Positions 38,173-49,125 of a stretch of DNA of 64,000 nucleotides are shown here, one piece after another. Below the pieces are notes generated by a model. It ran no database searches. It was not told the DNA's origin and saw nothing but the letters and a program-made list of their open reading frames with translations. The stretch is taken from positions 64,001 through 128,000 of the forward strand of contig JBEKFP010000002.1 in NCBI GenBank assembly GCA_050013255.1, read 5' to 3'. The DNA comes from Candidatus Bathyarchaeia archaeon. GTDB taxonomy: Archaea > Thermoproteota > Bathyarchaeia > 40CM-2-53-6. A program made the translations under genes and the position numbers. The stretch's first letter is position 1; every line of letters begins with the position of its first letter.

Positions 38173-38988
38173 TTGGGTGAGAATTGGTTAGCCCAGTTGC
38201 GGGCATTCTACGATAAGCGGGTCAAAGAATTAGAACGTTATGATGACGAACCAGCGCTAAACGGTTACAAAGCTCCGGGCGGGTCTCCCTATTGGACACA
38301 AGACATCCAAGAAAGGTTACTGGATGATATTACTACCAAACTGAGACTTGCTCCAGAGTATTATGTGCTTGACGTGGGTTGCGGTACTGGAATGATGCTT
38401 AGGCACATAGCCCCGCGGGTGGCCCACATAGTCGGCGTTGACTTCTCCCAAAGCATGATAGATCATGCGAAACGCTACGCCCCCGAGAATGCGACGTTAC
38501 TACGACAAGATGCTGTATCGCTCTCTTTCAAGGACCAAATGTTTGATCGTGTTCTCTGCTACAGCGTTGTAATGAACATCCTTGATGATGACTTCACTCG
38601 TTCCCTACTGACTGAGCTGGTGCGCGTTACGAAGAACGGTGGATTAACACTCATCGGGAATGTCCCTGATTCCGAAAAGCAAAAGGAGCAAGTCGAGGTA
38701 ATTCGTAAGCTGCAATGGAACCAGCCTATGCCGCATCCTCGCCCCCTTCAACGGATAATTGGTCGGCCACGAGATCTATGGCGCTATCGCATTCGGCGAT
38801 CAGTGGCCCCGAGTCAGGGTAATCGGTTTTATGCGAAAGACTTTTTCAGGAATTTTGCCCATCGAGTGGATTGCGACATCAATATTCAGCCTGTAAATGT
38901 GCCCGGATTCGTTTATGCACCTTTTCGATTTGACGTTCTACTTACACCCAGGAGTACAACGCGAAAGTTCTCTGCTAATTATGCCTGA
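38173..38988 (+). CDS. Class I SAM-dependent methyltransferase
   Basis: VLDVGCGTG, GVDFS, FDRVLCYSV, LVRVTKNGG. Confidence 0.87.
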   Translation: MGENWLAQLRAFYDKRVKELERYDDEPALNGYKAPGGSPYWTQDIQERLLDDITTKLRLAPEYYVLDVGCGTGMMLRHIAPRVAHIVGVDFSQSMIDHAKRYAPENATLLRQDAVSLSFKDQMFDRVLCYSVVMNILDDDFTRSLLTELVRVTKNGGLTLIGNVPDSEKQKEQVEVIRKLQWNQPMPHPRPLQRIIGRPRDLWRYRIRRSVAPSQGNRFYAKDFFRNFAHRVDCDINIQPVNVPGFVYAPFRFDVLLTPRSTTRKFSANYA

Positions 38989-39030
38989 CCTCGGTTCGAA
39001 ACAGAGTTTGAGCTCACATGAAACTCTTCT

Positions 39031-40164
39031 TCAGCTCCTCTCACCTGAGGAGCGAAAAAGGGTTCGACCCCAATTCCACACTTCCTCTTGCAGAGCTTGC
39101 AAGAGATATTTTCGCCAGTCATACAGAAGCAAACCTTCGAACAAGAGGAATGCCCTCCCACCGAACTCGCGTTTGAAATGTCCTATCCTAGCCATCTTGT
39201 CTTGAGGAGGCAAGTATGGGAAGTAGGGGCCCATTTCATACCACTTCTTCCCCTCGTTTCGGGCCCACCTCATACTTTCCCATATCAGCAAATTATGTGG
39301 AGACAGCTCGTGGGCATTGTAGTCGACACCACCCGCATAATATGTGACAGCGTCCTTGTAGGAGAGCAGCAATACACTGGAGATTGGCTTAGAACTGTGT
39401 GATGCTATGAAAAACCTCATGGATCCCATCTCCCCGAAACTTCTATGCGCTTCTTGAAAGAAGGAAACGGGGCTCATTTCTGACCGGGAACGACGGAAGC
39501 TCGATTGATAGGGCTTGTAGAAGGCCTCCACGCCACTAACGCTGTTGTTCTGTTCGCAAGTAACACCAGATTGTATTGCTTTTCTGACTAGGTTTCGGCA
39601 TGCTTTACTGCATGCAGCGAAAAGTTGTTCTTCCGTGCTAGTTTGAAGATCTACGATCGTCGTAGGTGTCTCCACACCCTGCAAGCGAGAGAGCCCTACC
39701 GTCGAACCGTACCTTGGTGAGGCAATAAATCCGTACTGAAGCAGTGGATTGACTTCAGTGCGAAGCGGAGGCATGTAAGCGGGAGCGAGCGTGGGCAAAC
39801 GTGCTTCCAGATAGGTCGCCTTCCATGCTTTCGCGCGTTCTTTGAGGTACCCCAAGCTGAAGTCCATGGCAGCCTGCCGCAGTTTCTTATCTAATCCCTT
39901 CGCCAGGGCTGGGCCACTTCGCCCCAGCCCCGTAGACAGAAAACGTTGTCTGAAGCCTCTCCGTGTTCCCCTGCTAGATTGGTAAACGCAGAAAACTCCC
40001 AACGGTTGCCTATCGTCGGATATGATCATGAAAGACTCGTTTGGGTAAAGAGTGGCGACCAAGTCCATCCATTCAGTTCTGTGGTAGAGCCACGCTTCAT
40101 CCGATTCATCGACGAGTCGATTCCAAAGGTGTTTGTCTGAATCGTGATAAGGGACTATCTTCAC
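39031..40164 (-). CDS. FemAB-like GNAT acyl/aminoacyl transferase
   Basis: IVDL, CRNLVRKA, NLLIWE, FKREFGG. Confidence 0.8.
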   Translation of the reverse strand: MKIVPYHDSDKHLWNRLVDESDEAWLYHRTEWMDLVATLYPNESFMIISDDRQPLGVFCVYQSSRGTRRGFRQRFLSTGLGRSGPALAKGLDKKLRQAAMDFSLGYLKERAKAWKATYLEARLPTLAPAYMPPLRTEVNPLLQYGFIASPRYGSTVGLSRLQGVETPTTIVDLQTSTEEQLFAACSKACRNLVRKAIQSGVTCEQNNSVSGVEAFYKPYQSSFRRSRSEMSPVSFFQEAHRSFGEMGSMRFFIASHSSKPISSVLLLSYKDAVTYYAGGVDYNAHELSPHNLLIWESMRWARNEGKKWYEMGPYFPYLPPQDKMARIGHFKREFGGRAFLLFEGLLLYDWRKYLLQALQEEVWNWGRTLFRSSGERS

Positions 40165-40276
40165 TGTTTCCTCATTCCGGCTGGGCAGACAAACATTCTC
40201 GAGATTGGCGTATGTAAAGCGAAACTATGGATGCATCCTTTTAATCTTGGCGTGTTCCTACTCAGCAAGAACGCGA

Positions 40277-40846
40277 ATGTCGAATCTGCAGAATCAGCTT
40301 TCATCGTTACGCGACGAGCTTAGGAATCATTTCAAGTCTAAGTGGAAGAGGTCGTTGCCGTTCTATGAAGAAATGCTAGGTGATCGCGCACGTTGGGATA
40401 GAGCTGCCTTCCTAGGATTCGGAGCAGGAAGTAGCATGTATGATAGTAGCTACTTGTATGGGGACGTGAAGGTTGGTGAGGGAACGTGGATAGGGCCCTT
40501 CACAATACTTGATGGAAGCGGGGGTTTGGAGATTGGTGACCATTGCAGCATTTCAAGCGGAGTTCAAATCTACAGCCACGAAACCGTAGAATGGGCGCTT
40601 ACAGGCGGGAAAGCCAAGTATCGCTACGCGCCAACGCGCATCGGTAACTCTTGTTTCATCGGAAGTTTAACCGTCATCCGAATGGGCGTCAAAATCGGCG
40701 ATCACGTTCTAATTGGGGCCCAGAGCTTTGTGAACAAAGATTTACCCGCCTACTCAATCGCCACGGGATGCCCAGCAAAAATCATTGGTCGCGTGGAATT
40801 AGCTGGGGATCAAGCAAAGTTCGTCTACCTAAGCAGTACGAAGTGA
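40277..40846 (+). CDS. Hexapeptide-repeat acyltransferase
   Basis: VKVGEGTWIG, IGDHCSIS, IGAQSFV, GCPAKII. Confidence 0.87.
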   Translation: MSNLQNQLSSLRDELRNHFKSKWKRSLPFYEEMLGDRARWDRAAFLGFGAGSSMYDSSYLYGDVKVGEGTWIGPFTILDGSGGLEIGDHCSISSGVQIYSHETVEWALTGGKAKYRYAPTRIGNSCFIGSLTVIRMGVKIGDHVLIGAQSFVNKDLPAYSIATGCPAKIIGRVELAGDQAKFVYLSSTK

Positions 40847-40894
40847 CCTCACTTCGGTGCATCCAATGCTTCATCCCTTGGGGCTGCACTAAAC

Positions 40895-41908
40895 TTGATT
40901 TTGCCAGTGCTGAGGTGCCCCGACTGCAGACTTCCAATCAAAGATTTCGTATGTCCAATTTGTAAGAGAGATTTTCGCACAGGTGACAAGCCATACTTAG
41001 ATTTCCTACCCGTTGAGGACTATCGCAGCGGCGATTCTGAATTCACCCAAATGCCCGACATATTCGAGAATTTTTCTAGATTCATAGGCGCAAGAAAAGT
41101 ACTTAGCGAGTATGACATAACGAACATTGAGAAAACCAACCTCAAACTTTTCCAATCCGTCAAAAGACATGAAGGGCTGAGAGTCCTAGAGATAGGAGCC
41201 GGGCGGGGGTATTTTTGCAGGTTATTTACGACAAAATACACTGCCAACTACTATTGCGCCCTCGAATATGAGCAATCTAACCTGAACTACGGTTTGAGAT
41301 TAGGAAATTTCCAGAACGCCTCGCAACTGTTCCGTGGCTCTGTTTATTCATTACCTTTCGAGGATCGCCAATTCGATTTAGTCGTCATTTCTGAGGTCTT
41401 GGAGCATTTGTCAGAACTGGATCTAGCGATGGGCGAGATTAGACGAGTCCTCGATCCTAACGGATGGGCTATAGCATCTGTCCCAAATTCCATCCTATAC
41501 ATGTATCCGTACCCTATCCTGATCACGCTACTCCAGTCGATTCATCATCTTGGAGACCAAAATGATGACAAAGGTTTTCGACTCTTAGTCCGAAGGTTTA
41601 GGCGATTAGCTAATGATAATCTGCAGGGGACTTATCATCGGCCCTTCTTTCCGTCACAGTTTGCCAAGCTGTTCAAAAATCACGGCTTCAGCATTGAAAA
41701 TCATGTTTCATCCATGTTGACCTATTTCTGGGATCCAGCATTAACCAATTTCGCCGACAGATACCCTAACTCTAGTGCAATGATGTTTTTCTCAAAAGTC
41801 GCCATCAATATCTCCGATCGCCTTCTTCAAAGTAGGTTGCCCATCATTAGATACAGTGGAATCAGACAACACATTCTAGCCAGAAAGCGCAATGAAATGA
41901 CGAAGTAA
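40895..41908 (+). CDS. SAM methyltransferase with N-terminal Zn/Trm112-like module
   Basis: LRCPDC...CPIC; LEIGAGRG; SEVLEHL. Confidence 0.83.
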   Translation: MILPVLRCPDCRLPIKDFVCPICKRDFRTGDKPYLDFLPVEDYRSGDSEFTQMPDIFENFSRFIGARKVLSEYDITNIEKTNLKLFQSVKRHEGLRVLEIGAGRGYFCRLFTTKYTANYYCALEYEQSNLNYGLRLGNFQNASQLFRGSVYSLPFEDRQFDLVVISEVLEHLSELDLAMGEIRRVLDPNGWAIASVPNSILYMYPYPILITLLQSIHHLGDQNDDKGFRLLVRRFRRLANDNLQGTYHRPFFPSQFAKLFKNHGFSIENHVSSMLTYFWDPALTNFADRYPNSSAMMFFSKVAINISDRLLQSRLPIIRYSGIRQHILARKRNEMTK

Positions 41909-42045
41909 TTCTGACTGAATCGTTGCTCGAGCCGCTTCATCAGCAGCTCTTTTCGGTGCACAATAGCGGGGGGGCCAAACAATGGAGGGATTATATGCGG
42001 CAATTTTGCGTATTAGGCCGACTTAGTATTCTGTTGTGCGACACC

Positions 42046-42891
42046 ATGTTTCTAATTTGTTTGACTCACGACATAGATCAGTTAGAGCATCCATTCTCTA
42101 GCACTCTAGGCTTGGCTCATGGACTCTTTAACTCTGCCAAAATGAGAATTGCACTTCGCTACTTGGCTGGAGTCGCTTCGGCTAGAAAGAACCCGTACGA
42201 TACTTATGATAGGATATTAGACCTTGAAAAGAAGTATGGTGCAACATCAACCTTCTTCGTTGTCCCTGCGCAGAGTAAGGCAAACGCCGAGTGCCTAGCG
42301 AGGCTTCGAGCCGCTAGAACTGAAGTCGCACTTCATAACATAGGTACTTCATACATATCTCCATCTGAATTAGCGAGACAGAAGAACGTCATCGAGAAAT
42401 TCTTAGGGTCAGAAATCTCGGGGGTCAGATCACATCGGCTCGATCTTATGATTCCTAGAACCTTTGAGTTTCAGAAACATTGTGGCTTCAAGTACGATTC
42501 GAGTTTCTTCCCACCACGGTACGGGAACAAGAGGATATACACCCCTTTCCCAGCAACGGATGGATTACTTGAACTACCGCTTGCGTTCATGGACAGCGAT
42601 TTCCAGGAAATGGCAATGGTCGGCCCTGATGCGTTGCAAAAGACTTGGACGCGCATTGAAAGAATACTGGAAGACTATCGCCGCCGTCAAGGAGTCTGTA
42701 CAATTCTGTGGCACCCTACAGCATTCTACGACGACGGGTGCGAGCTGCACAATCTAAACTATCAGCACTTCAAAGGCTTCGATAAACTTTACGAAATGAT
42801 TTTGGAATATGGCTCAACGAAGAGTGATAGGATGTGCGGATGCTTGGAGGCAATCGAGCATTGGAAAGGTTCAGAAGAAAGCATGTGGTAG
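42046..42891 (+). CDS. Polysaccharide deacetylase family protein
   Basis: LTHDID, STFFV, EVALH, GVRSH, YDSS, LELPL..MD, LWHP. Confidence 0.85.
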   Translation: MFLICLTHDIDQLEHPFSSTLGLAHGLFNSAKMRIALRYLAGVASARKNPYDTYDRILDLEKKYGATSTFFVVPAQSKANAECLARLRAARTEVALHNIGTSYISPSELARQKNVIEKFLGSEISGVRSHRLDLMIPRTFEFQKHCGFKYDSSFFPPRYGNKRIYTPFPATDGLLELPLAFMDSDFQEMAMVGPDALQKTWTRIERILEDYRRRQGVCTILWHPTAFYDDGCELHNLNYQHFKGFDKLYEMILEYGSTKSDRMCGCLEAIEHWKGSEESMW

Positions 42892-42974
42892 CCGACCAAG
42901 TAAGGCGAGATTCTCTCAATCACAATTCAATAGAGAAAGAAAGACGTCTGAGCGGATAGAGCGGTCGGTCGAAG

Positions 42975-44114
42975 TTGGAACTCCTGCAGAGTAGGTTGAT
43001 GGACGTCCTTGTCTGCCCAGCTTGCCACTCCAAGCTACGGCTTCACATACTCTCCGAGCAACGCAAAGATGGAGTGCTTCGCTGTCCGAGGAAACATGCT
43101 TATCCGATAATCAATGGCCTGCCAAAGATACTCGTGGGCGGACTTGAAAGCGATTACGCACAGTTCTTATCCCGTTACCGAGAGGAGCTTGCTTCCGAAA
43201 ATATGGTATTCTATTCAGAGGCCAATGGTAGGGCCGAGAGTAGGCAAGATCAGGACACCTTTCGTGAGAAATGGACCTCTAAAGACACCATGGGCGTAAG
43301 CAGCTCGTCGCCTTACAAAGCATTCATGCGGAAGTGGATGTTGGAGAAATATGGGTGGAAAAACGAAGCTGGTTTTGCAGAGGGGCTAAGGGGTCGCCAA
43401 CTAATCCTGGACGCCGGAGCCGGTCTCGGGAGGGAAGTAATCAATTTGGCCACGGCCGCGCCGGAAGCGACAGTTGTGGGTCTCGAGTTCTCGGACTGCG
43501 CAGCAAATGCCCTGCGGAACGTATCCCCTCTTCAGAATGCTTGCATAGTGCAGGGCGATATTATGCGAATGCCATTCGCTGAAGATTCATTCGATTATAT
43601 TTTGAGCGAGGGTGTGCTACATCACACACCTAAAACCCAGGAAGCGTTCAAGAAATGCTGCGTTGTTCTAAAGAAAGGGGGCGAGATTGCGTTCTACATT
43701 TATCGAAAGAAGGGCCCAATAAGGGAATTTGCGGACGATTTCTTGAGAAAGGTCATTCAGGACATGTCCGTAGAAGAAAAGTGGAGGATGGCAGAGCGGA
43801 TTACCTCGCTGGGAAAGTCTCTGTCTGAGGCGCATGTGGCTGTGGAAATTTCCGAGGGCATTCCCGAACTTGGCATCAAAAAAGGGGAAATTGACGTTCA
43901 GAGATTCATCTATTACAGCTTCTTGAAGTGTTTCTGGAATCAGGAGTTACCGTTTGAGGAGAACGTGATAATCAATTTCGATTGGTATGTTCCCAGGCAT
44001 GCGCAGCGTCATACGGAAGAAGAGATACGGGGATGGTGCAAGGAGAACGCCATAAAGATAGTATGGTTTCACGAAGAAGAGTCCGGCTACAGCGTTCGGG
44101 GAATAAAGACTTAG
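42975..44114 (+). CDS. Trm112-like domain + SAM methyltransferase
   Basis: DVLVCPAC...C...YPIINGLP; LDAGAGLGR; GVLHHTP; FDWY. Confidence 0.87.
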   Translation: MELLQSRLMDVLVCPACHSKLRLHILSEQRKDGVLRCPRKHAYPIINGLPKILVGGLESDYAQFLSRYREELASENMVFYSEANGRAESRQDQDTFREKWTSKDTMGVSSSSPYKAFMRKWMLEKYGWKNEAGFAEGLRGRQLILDAGAGLGREVINLATAAPEATVVGLEFSDCAANALRNVSPLQNACIVQGDIMRMPFAEDSFDYILSEGVLHHTPKTQEAFKKCCVVLKKGGEIAFYIYRKKGPIREFADDFLRKVIQDMSVEEKWRMAERITSLGKSLSEAHVAVEISEGIPELGIKKGEIDVQRFIYYSFLKCFWNQELPFEENVIINFDWYVPRHAQRHTEEEIRGWCKENAIKIVWFHEEESGYSVRGIKT

Positions 44115-44127
44115 TCAATTCGGAGGT

Positions 44128-44631
44128 TCACTGCTGGGCCAAAGGCCTACGCCGTGGTGTTCCGACGTATCCGCCTTGAATTAATGTTGTCATCATTTTC
44201 TCTAGGTTTTCGATTTGGCGTCTTTCCTCACTGGTTATGAGGTTCTCGCGGTCAGCAATTTTCTTTAGCAGGCTAAGCATTTCAAGATAAAGTGGGGCAA
44301 AGGCTTCGCGAAGGTATCCCGGCTGCAACTTGTAGGCGTAAGGATTGGCTTCGGCCATGATGTCCTGTTCGCTAGCCATAGCAGAAGTCCCCTTGATGTG
44401 TAACCAACCAATGATCGTCGAAAGGGGGACGCCCACCAGGGCAGCAATCACAATGAACCGCGTAAAACTACTGAAAATATCGTGCAGTTGAGGGACGCTT
44501 TTGACTAGAAGGTAGTAGACCACCGTAGCTGTGCTGACCAGTCCCAACAAGAATGTCAGATATGTCCCGTAACCAATTCTGAAGTAATACCAGGTCCTCG
44601 TTAGAAGAATGCCGTACTTGGAAGGGGCCAA
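44128..44631 (-). CDS. Hypothetical membrane protein
   Basis: WYYFRIGYGTYL, 2 TM, EANPY. Confidence 0.65.
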   Translation of the reverse strand: MAPSKYGILLTRTWYYFRIGYGTYLTFLLGLVSTATVVYYLLVKSVPQLHDIFSSFTRFIVIAALVGVPLSTIIGWLHIKGTSAMASEQDIMAEANPYAYKLQPGYLREAFAPLYLEMLSLLKKIADRENLITSEERRQIENLEKMMTTLIQGGYVGTPRRRPLAQQ

Positions 44632-44757
44632 CTATTGGTCTCCTAAAGTGCCCCGCAAAGTGTCATGTTACTTAAACATGGTCTCAATGGAAGCTTGTCA
44701 TGAGCGACATAGAAACGTAACCTTCTGGGCAAACTAGAGTGGTTTCGACGCCTTTCC

Positions 44758-45801
44758 CTACAAGAAGGTGCAGTCTTTGCACTTGTCGGGAGGATCTTCC
44801 GAAAGTAGTTTTTCTCTGAACGTCCGGAACTTTTCGCCATTCCATATTTCGCTGAAGCCGTCTTTACTCAAATTGCCGAATGAGACAAAGTGGATTGCGC
44901 AGCAGGGACGGACTTCACCTCTCTCATCCGTGACCAGCATTGTCCAAGGCTGCTTGCATCTGGTTCTAACTTTGGGTTGTGTCAAGGGCGGCAAACCTAT
45001 CTCTAACCCGAATTCCTTAGCCATCCCCTCAGCTTGTTCGAACAGTTTTCTCATCTCATCCTTCTCAGCATCGGATGCGCAACGCAGAGACTCCGAGCGG
45101 GTCGAAATGCCAACGTCGAAGGCATATTGCATATCCGAGAAACTTATGGCGTCTACTCCAGCAGCCCCGCACAACTTCACCATGTCCCCGACTTGCCGGT
45201 AATTACGCATCATGAGTATCGAGTTGACGACTATCCGAAGGTTCGACCCTGCGCGTTTCTTGGCATCTATCAAGTTCTTCATAGCGGTCGTTACCTTCTC
45301 TAGCGTCGTACCCACCCTTATCGCTTTGAAAGTTTCAGGATCAGCGCTGTCGATAGAGATGTGTACAACGTCGAGGCCAGATTTGAGGACGTTTTCAATG
45401 TTTTTCTCATTTAACAACGTTGCATTTGTTGTGACGACGGTTCGTATCTTTCGTTTCTTAGCATACTCTATCATCCTGAAGAGATCCTTATGCATCAGCG
45501 GTTCGCCAAGCCCTGTAAGTTCAACCTCTTTGATGAAGGGCATTTTGTTCAGTATTTTAGTAAATTCCTCGAATGACATTGCCTGATCTTTGAACTGCGG
45601 ATCGTTTCTCGGGCACATCGTGCACTTGAGGTTGCAATAACCTTCCACCGAAATCTGGGCATTAATCGGCCCATAGGGGACTTCGTAGGGGAGCTCTGTT
45701 CCATTGACTATCTTAGAAACTCTGAAGACGACGCGATTGTAGAGTTGGTGAATATTCGAGTTCCTTATTATATGATATCGCAGGCGAAGTGTCGATAACA
45801 G
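44758..45801 (-). CDS. Radical SAM protein with SPASM/twitch domain
   Basis: CNLKCTMC, GLGEPL, TNATLL, CKQPW...PCC...CKDC; frame open to 45825, start inferred at CTG 45801. Confidence 0.85.
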   Translation of the reverse strand: MLSTLRLRYHIIRNSNIHQLYNRVVFRVSKIVNGTELPYEVPYGPINAQISVEGYCNLKCTMCPRNDPQFKDQAMSFEEFTKILNKMPFIKEVELTGLGEPLMHKDLFRMIEYAKKRKIRTVVTTNATLLNEKNIENVLKSGLDVVHISIDSADPETFKAIRVGTTLEKVTTAMKNLIDAKKRAGSNLRIVVNSILMMRNYRQVGDMVKLCGAAGVDAISFSDMQYAFDVGISTRSESLRCASDAEKDEMRKLFEQAEGMAKEFGLEIGLPPLTQPKVRTRCKQPWTMLVTDERGEVRPCCAIHFVSFGNLSKDGFSEIWNGEKFRTFREKLLSEDPPDKCKDCTFL

Positions 45802-46091
45802 GCCGCGCCCTGATGTTTTCGTCTGTCAGTCAACCTCAGTGGGCGATACTTGAGGCGTTGTGCTTATACCTTCTATCCGTTTCAATTTCCCATGGCTTCG
45901 GCAGACGTTCGTTTTCATTACGTATGGCATATTTAAGCCTTGACTCAAGTTATCCGCATTTTTCTGAGACTCGCGAGAAATCTAATCGCGCCCCCAAGAA
46001 AATTAGGCCAGCGTTGACCATAAGTCAAGTCGGACTCTTCTGTTGAGTTCTTTGGGAGGCGAATCGGGTTGTTTGATTCCCAAAAGCTTTC

Positions 46092-47111
46092 ATGCGCCAT
46101 TCTAGGAGAAGGTCCAAAATCATGCGATCAAATCAAGTTTCCCTTCTCGCTTGTCCGATTTGTAAAGCTAATCTCGATTTGCAGGTCTCGGACAGACGAG
46201 ATGAGAGAATCAGGGAGGGCACTCTTCGATGTGCACGGTGTGCCGCGCATTTTCCCATCTTGAATTATGTTCCACGTTTTGTACCCGAGAAGACATACGC
46301 AGATTCCTTTGGACTGCAGTGGACTAAGCACGCTAGAACACAGTACGATAGCTATACAGGTCTACCGATATCGGAGGAGCGATTTTTCAAGGAAACCAAA
46401 TGGCCGAGGAAAATGTCTGACCAAGCAATATTAGAGGTGGGTTGTGGTTCTGGGAGGTTCACGGTGCACGCTGCCGCGACGGATGCCACTGTGGTATCCC
46501 TCGATTATAGTGCGGCCGTTGACGCCAACTACATGATTAATGGCGAGAGAGACAACCTGCTGATCGTTCAAGCGGATGTCTATTCGATGCCTTTCAAAGG
46601 AGGGTCCTTTGATAGGGTCTTTTCCTTCGGCATGTTGCAGCATACCCCTGATGTCAAGAAAGCGTTCCATTCTTTGTTAGGCCCATTGAAACCGAAAGGG
46701 AAAATCGCAATTGATGTTTACGCAAAGGGGAAGAGTCTTAGAGGAAAATTGGCCACAAAACATTTTGTAAGGCCTGTTACCAAACGCCTTCCGAATAGCC
46801 CTCTCTACTCGCTTTGTAGCCGCTATGTTCGATTGATGTGGCCCATGGCGAAGGTTATTCACCGTATACCGCGAATTGGCCCAGGAATAAATTGGCGATT
46901 GCTCATACCGGACTATATGTCATCATACCATCTTCCGGAACGGATACTTCGAGAATGGGCTATGCTCGACTGTTTCGATATGTTGTCGCCAGCATTTGAT
47001 AATCCGCAAACGATTGAAACAGTTGCCTCATGGTTCTCTGAGGCCAACTGCAAAGACGTAGAGATAGAATACGGCTACAATGGAATCGAGGCTCGCGCAA
47101 CTAAACCGTAG
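46092..47111 (+). CDS. Trm112-like domain + SAM methyltransferase
   Basis: LLACPIC...CARC...FPI...PRF, SFGLQW, LEVGCGSGRF, LQHTP. Confidence 0.87.
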   Translation: MRHSRRRSKIMRSNQVSLLACPICKANLDLQVSDRRDERIREGTLRCARCAAHFPILNYVPRFVPEKTYADSFGLQWTKHARTQYDSYTGLPISEERFFKETKWPRKMSDQAILEVGCGSGRFTVHAAATDATVVSLDYSAAVDANYMINGERDNLLIVQADVYSMPFKGGSFDRVFSFGMLQHTPDVKKAFHSLLGPLKPKGKIAIDVYAKGKSLRGKLATKHFVRPVTKRLPNSPLYSLCSRYVRLMWPMAKVIHRIPRIGPGINWRLLIPDYMSSYHLPERILREWAMLDCFDMLSPAFDNPQTIETVASWFSEANCKDVEIEYGYNGIEARATKP

Positions 47112-47139
47112 GTCTAGATTGAAGGAATCCCGCCCGTGT

Positions 47140-49059
47140 TCACTGCGCCAGCAGGGCGGTCATTTGAAGCTTGGGCTCAGGTGACCTGTCCAACATATAC
47201 ATCCTGTACCATATCTCTAAGGCCAACAGGTCCCAGATGACGATGTAATGCTTGACCAGATTCATCGAGGCCTTATGGCGCAACACTTCTTCAACGTAAT
47301 CCTTTCTAACGTAGCCTTTTTTCACAGCATAGCCTTCTGGGAGCAATTGGTTTGCGTATTCGGCTATGTTTTTTGAGAACTGCACGCCAACTGTGCCCCC
47401 GAAACCCTGTTTTTCTTTTTTCAGAACCCGGTCTGGCAAAATGCCTTCCATGGCCTTCCGGAATATGTACTTACCACGTCCATCTTTGTATTTCAGCCTC
47501 GCAGGAATCTTGCCTGCGAGATCAATGAGTTCGTTGTCGAGGAGCGGAACGCGGGCTTCGATGGAGTTCGCCATAGACATGGTGTCTTCTACGTGAAGAA
47601 AGTCGTCGGGCATTTTCACGCTGAAGTCTGCGAGAATTATCTGGTCAACGAACGATAGTTTGTTTCGGAAGTAATCTCCAAAGACATTCCCTACCCTGGG
47701 CAGTTTTCGGGATAACAGGCGCTTACCATAGATCTTTTTCAACCATTCCTCGTCAAACACCTCGTCAAGGCTTGCGACTTGCAGATAGAGGTCTCGATTG
47801 CTCCCGATGTAGGCTACTCGCTTAAGTTCGTGGATATGGTCTATTTCAAAAATGGATCCATACCGCGAAACGTACCGCGCCAGAGATGCCACGCTCCGAC
47901 CCGCGGATGTGGCCACTTTCTTGGGTATCGCCCTTCTCTCACGTTCAACGTCTTCCGCGAATTGATATTTCCATTCGTAACCGCCAAACAGTTCGTCGCC
48001 GCCTAGCCCTCCAAGTAACACTTTCACATGCTTGCTGGCCTCTCGCATAATCCAGTACGGGTAGAGATTTCTTTTTGGCATGTCAGCGTGCCAGATCATC
48101 TTGGGATAATCTTTCAGAATGTCCTGCTCCGCGACAAGCGTTTGGTGCTCAGCGCCAAATTCCTCAGCAACGGCAACAGCGTCGCGGATTTCATCGGTGG
48201 CTTCACCGAAACCCATAGTGAACGCTTTCAATGGACGATCTGACACTCTAGCCGCAAATGCTAATATCGCGCTGCTGTCGATCCCGCCCGACAGAAGAAT
48301 TCCTAAGGGCACGTCACTGATCAAATGCCGTTTCACGGCGTTCGAAAGTGTCTCCCTTATTTTCTCAACAAAATAGTCCTCAGTGTGATGTTCAGCAGCC
48401 GGCTTCAGATTCCAGTATTTCTTGACCTGGAATCTCTTGCCATCGAATTTCGCGTAGGTCCCGGGGGGCAAACGGGATATTCGTTTGAATAGGGTTTTTT
48501 CTCGCGGAATGTATCGCAGGTTCAGATAGTAGTGTAGGCCTTCACGGTCAACTCTCCTCGGTACATCCTGGCACTGCAGTATTGCTTTGATCTCTGAGGC
48601 GAAGATTAGGCGGCCATCACTAAGCCGGGTGTAATACAATGGCTTAATGCCGGATCTGTCCCTCGCCAGAAGTAAGCTATGCTTTTTCGTGTCCCATAGG
48701 GCAAAGGCGAACATGCCATTGAATTCGGTGCAGCAATCTTCCCCGCGTTCTTCGTACATGTGAACTATGACTTCGGTGTCTGAATTCGTGTTAAACCGGT
48801 GACCTAGTGCTTCGAGTTTCTGTCTAAGTTCTCGGTAGTTGTAGATCTCCCCGTTGTACACCACGACTATCGATTTGTCTTCGTTGTAGATTGGTTGTGC
48901 TCCCCCTGGAAGGTCGATGATGCTGAGACGGGTATTTCCAAGTGAGATGCGATCGTCTTCAAAGTACCCCTCTCCGTCTGGACCTCGGTGCCTCAACACC
49001 AGGCACATTTTGCGCAGTAGTGCCGAGTCTGCAAAGTTGAAGCCACATATCCCGCACAT
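47140..49059 (-). CDS. asnB: Asparagine synthase-like amidotransferase 2
   Basis: MCGICG, HRGPD, NGEIYN, LSGGIDS, GDELFGGY. Confidence 0.92.
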   Translation of the reverse strand: MCGICGFNFADSALLRKMCLVLRHRGPDGEGYFEDDRISLGNTRLSIIDLPGGAQPIYNEDKSIVVVYNGEIYNYRELRQKLEALGHRFNTNSDTEVIVHMYEERGEDCCTEFNGMFAFALWDTKKHSLLLARDRSGIKPLYYTRLSDGRLIFASEIKAILQCQDVPRRVDREGLHYYLNLRYIPREKTLFKRISRLPPGTYAKFDGKRFQVKKYWNLKPAAEHHTEDYFVEKIRETLSNAVKRHLISDVPLGILLSGGIDSSAILAFAARVSDRPLKAFTMGFGEATDEIRDAVAVAEEFGAEHQTLVAEQDILKDYPKMIWHADMPKRNLYPYWIMREASKHVKVLLGGLGGDELFGGYEWKYQFAEDVERERRAIPKKVATSAGRSVASLARYVSRYGSIFEIDHIHELKRVAYIGSNRDLYLQVASLDEVFDEEWLKKIYGKRLLSRKLPRVGNVFGDYFRNKLSFVDQIILADFSVKMPDDFLHVEDTMSMANSIEARVPLLDNELIDLAGKIPARLKYKDGRGKYIFRKAMEGILPDRVLKKEKQGFGGTVGVQFSKNIAEYANQLLPEGYAVKKGYVRKDYVEEVLRHKASMNLVKHYIVIWDLLALEIWYRMYMLDRSPEPKLQMTALLAQ

Positions 49060-49125
49060 TTTGTTGACCTCGTATGAAATATCCTATAGGCTAACGGGGC
49101 AGAATCACCTTACGTTTGGCAATTA

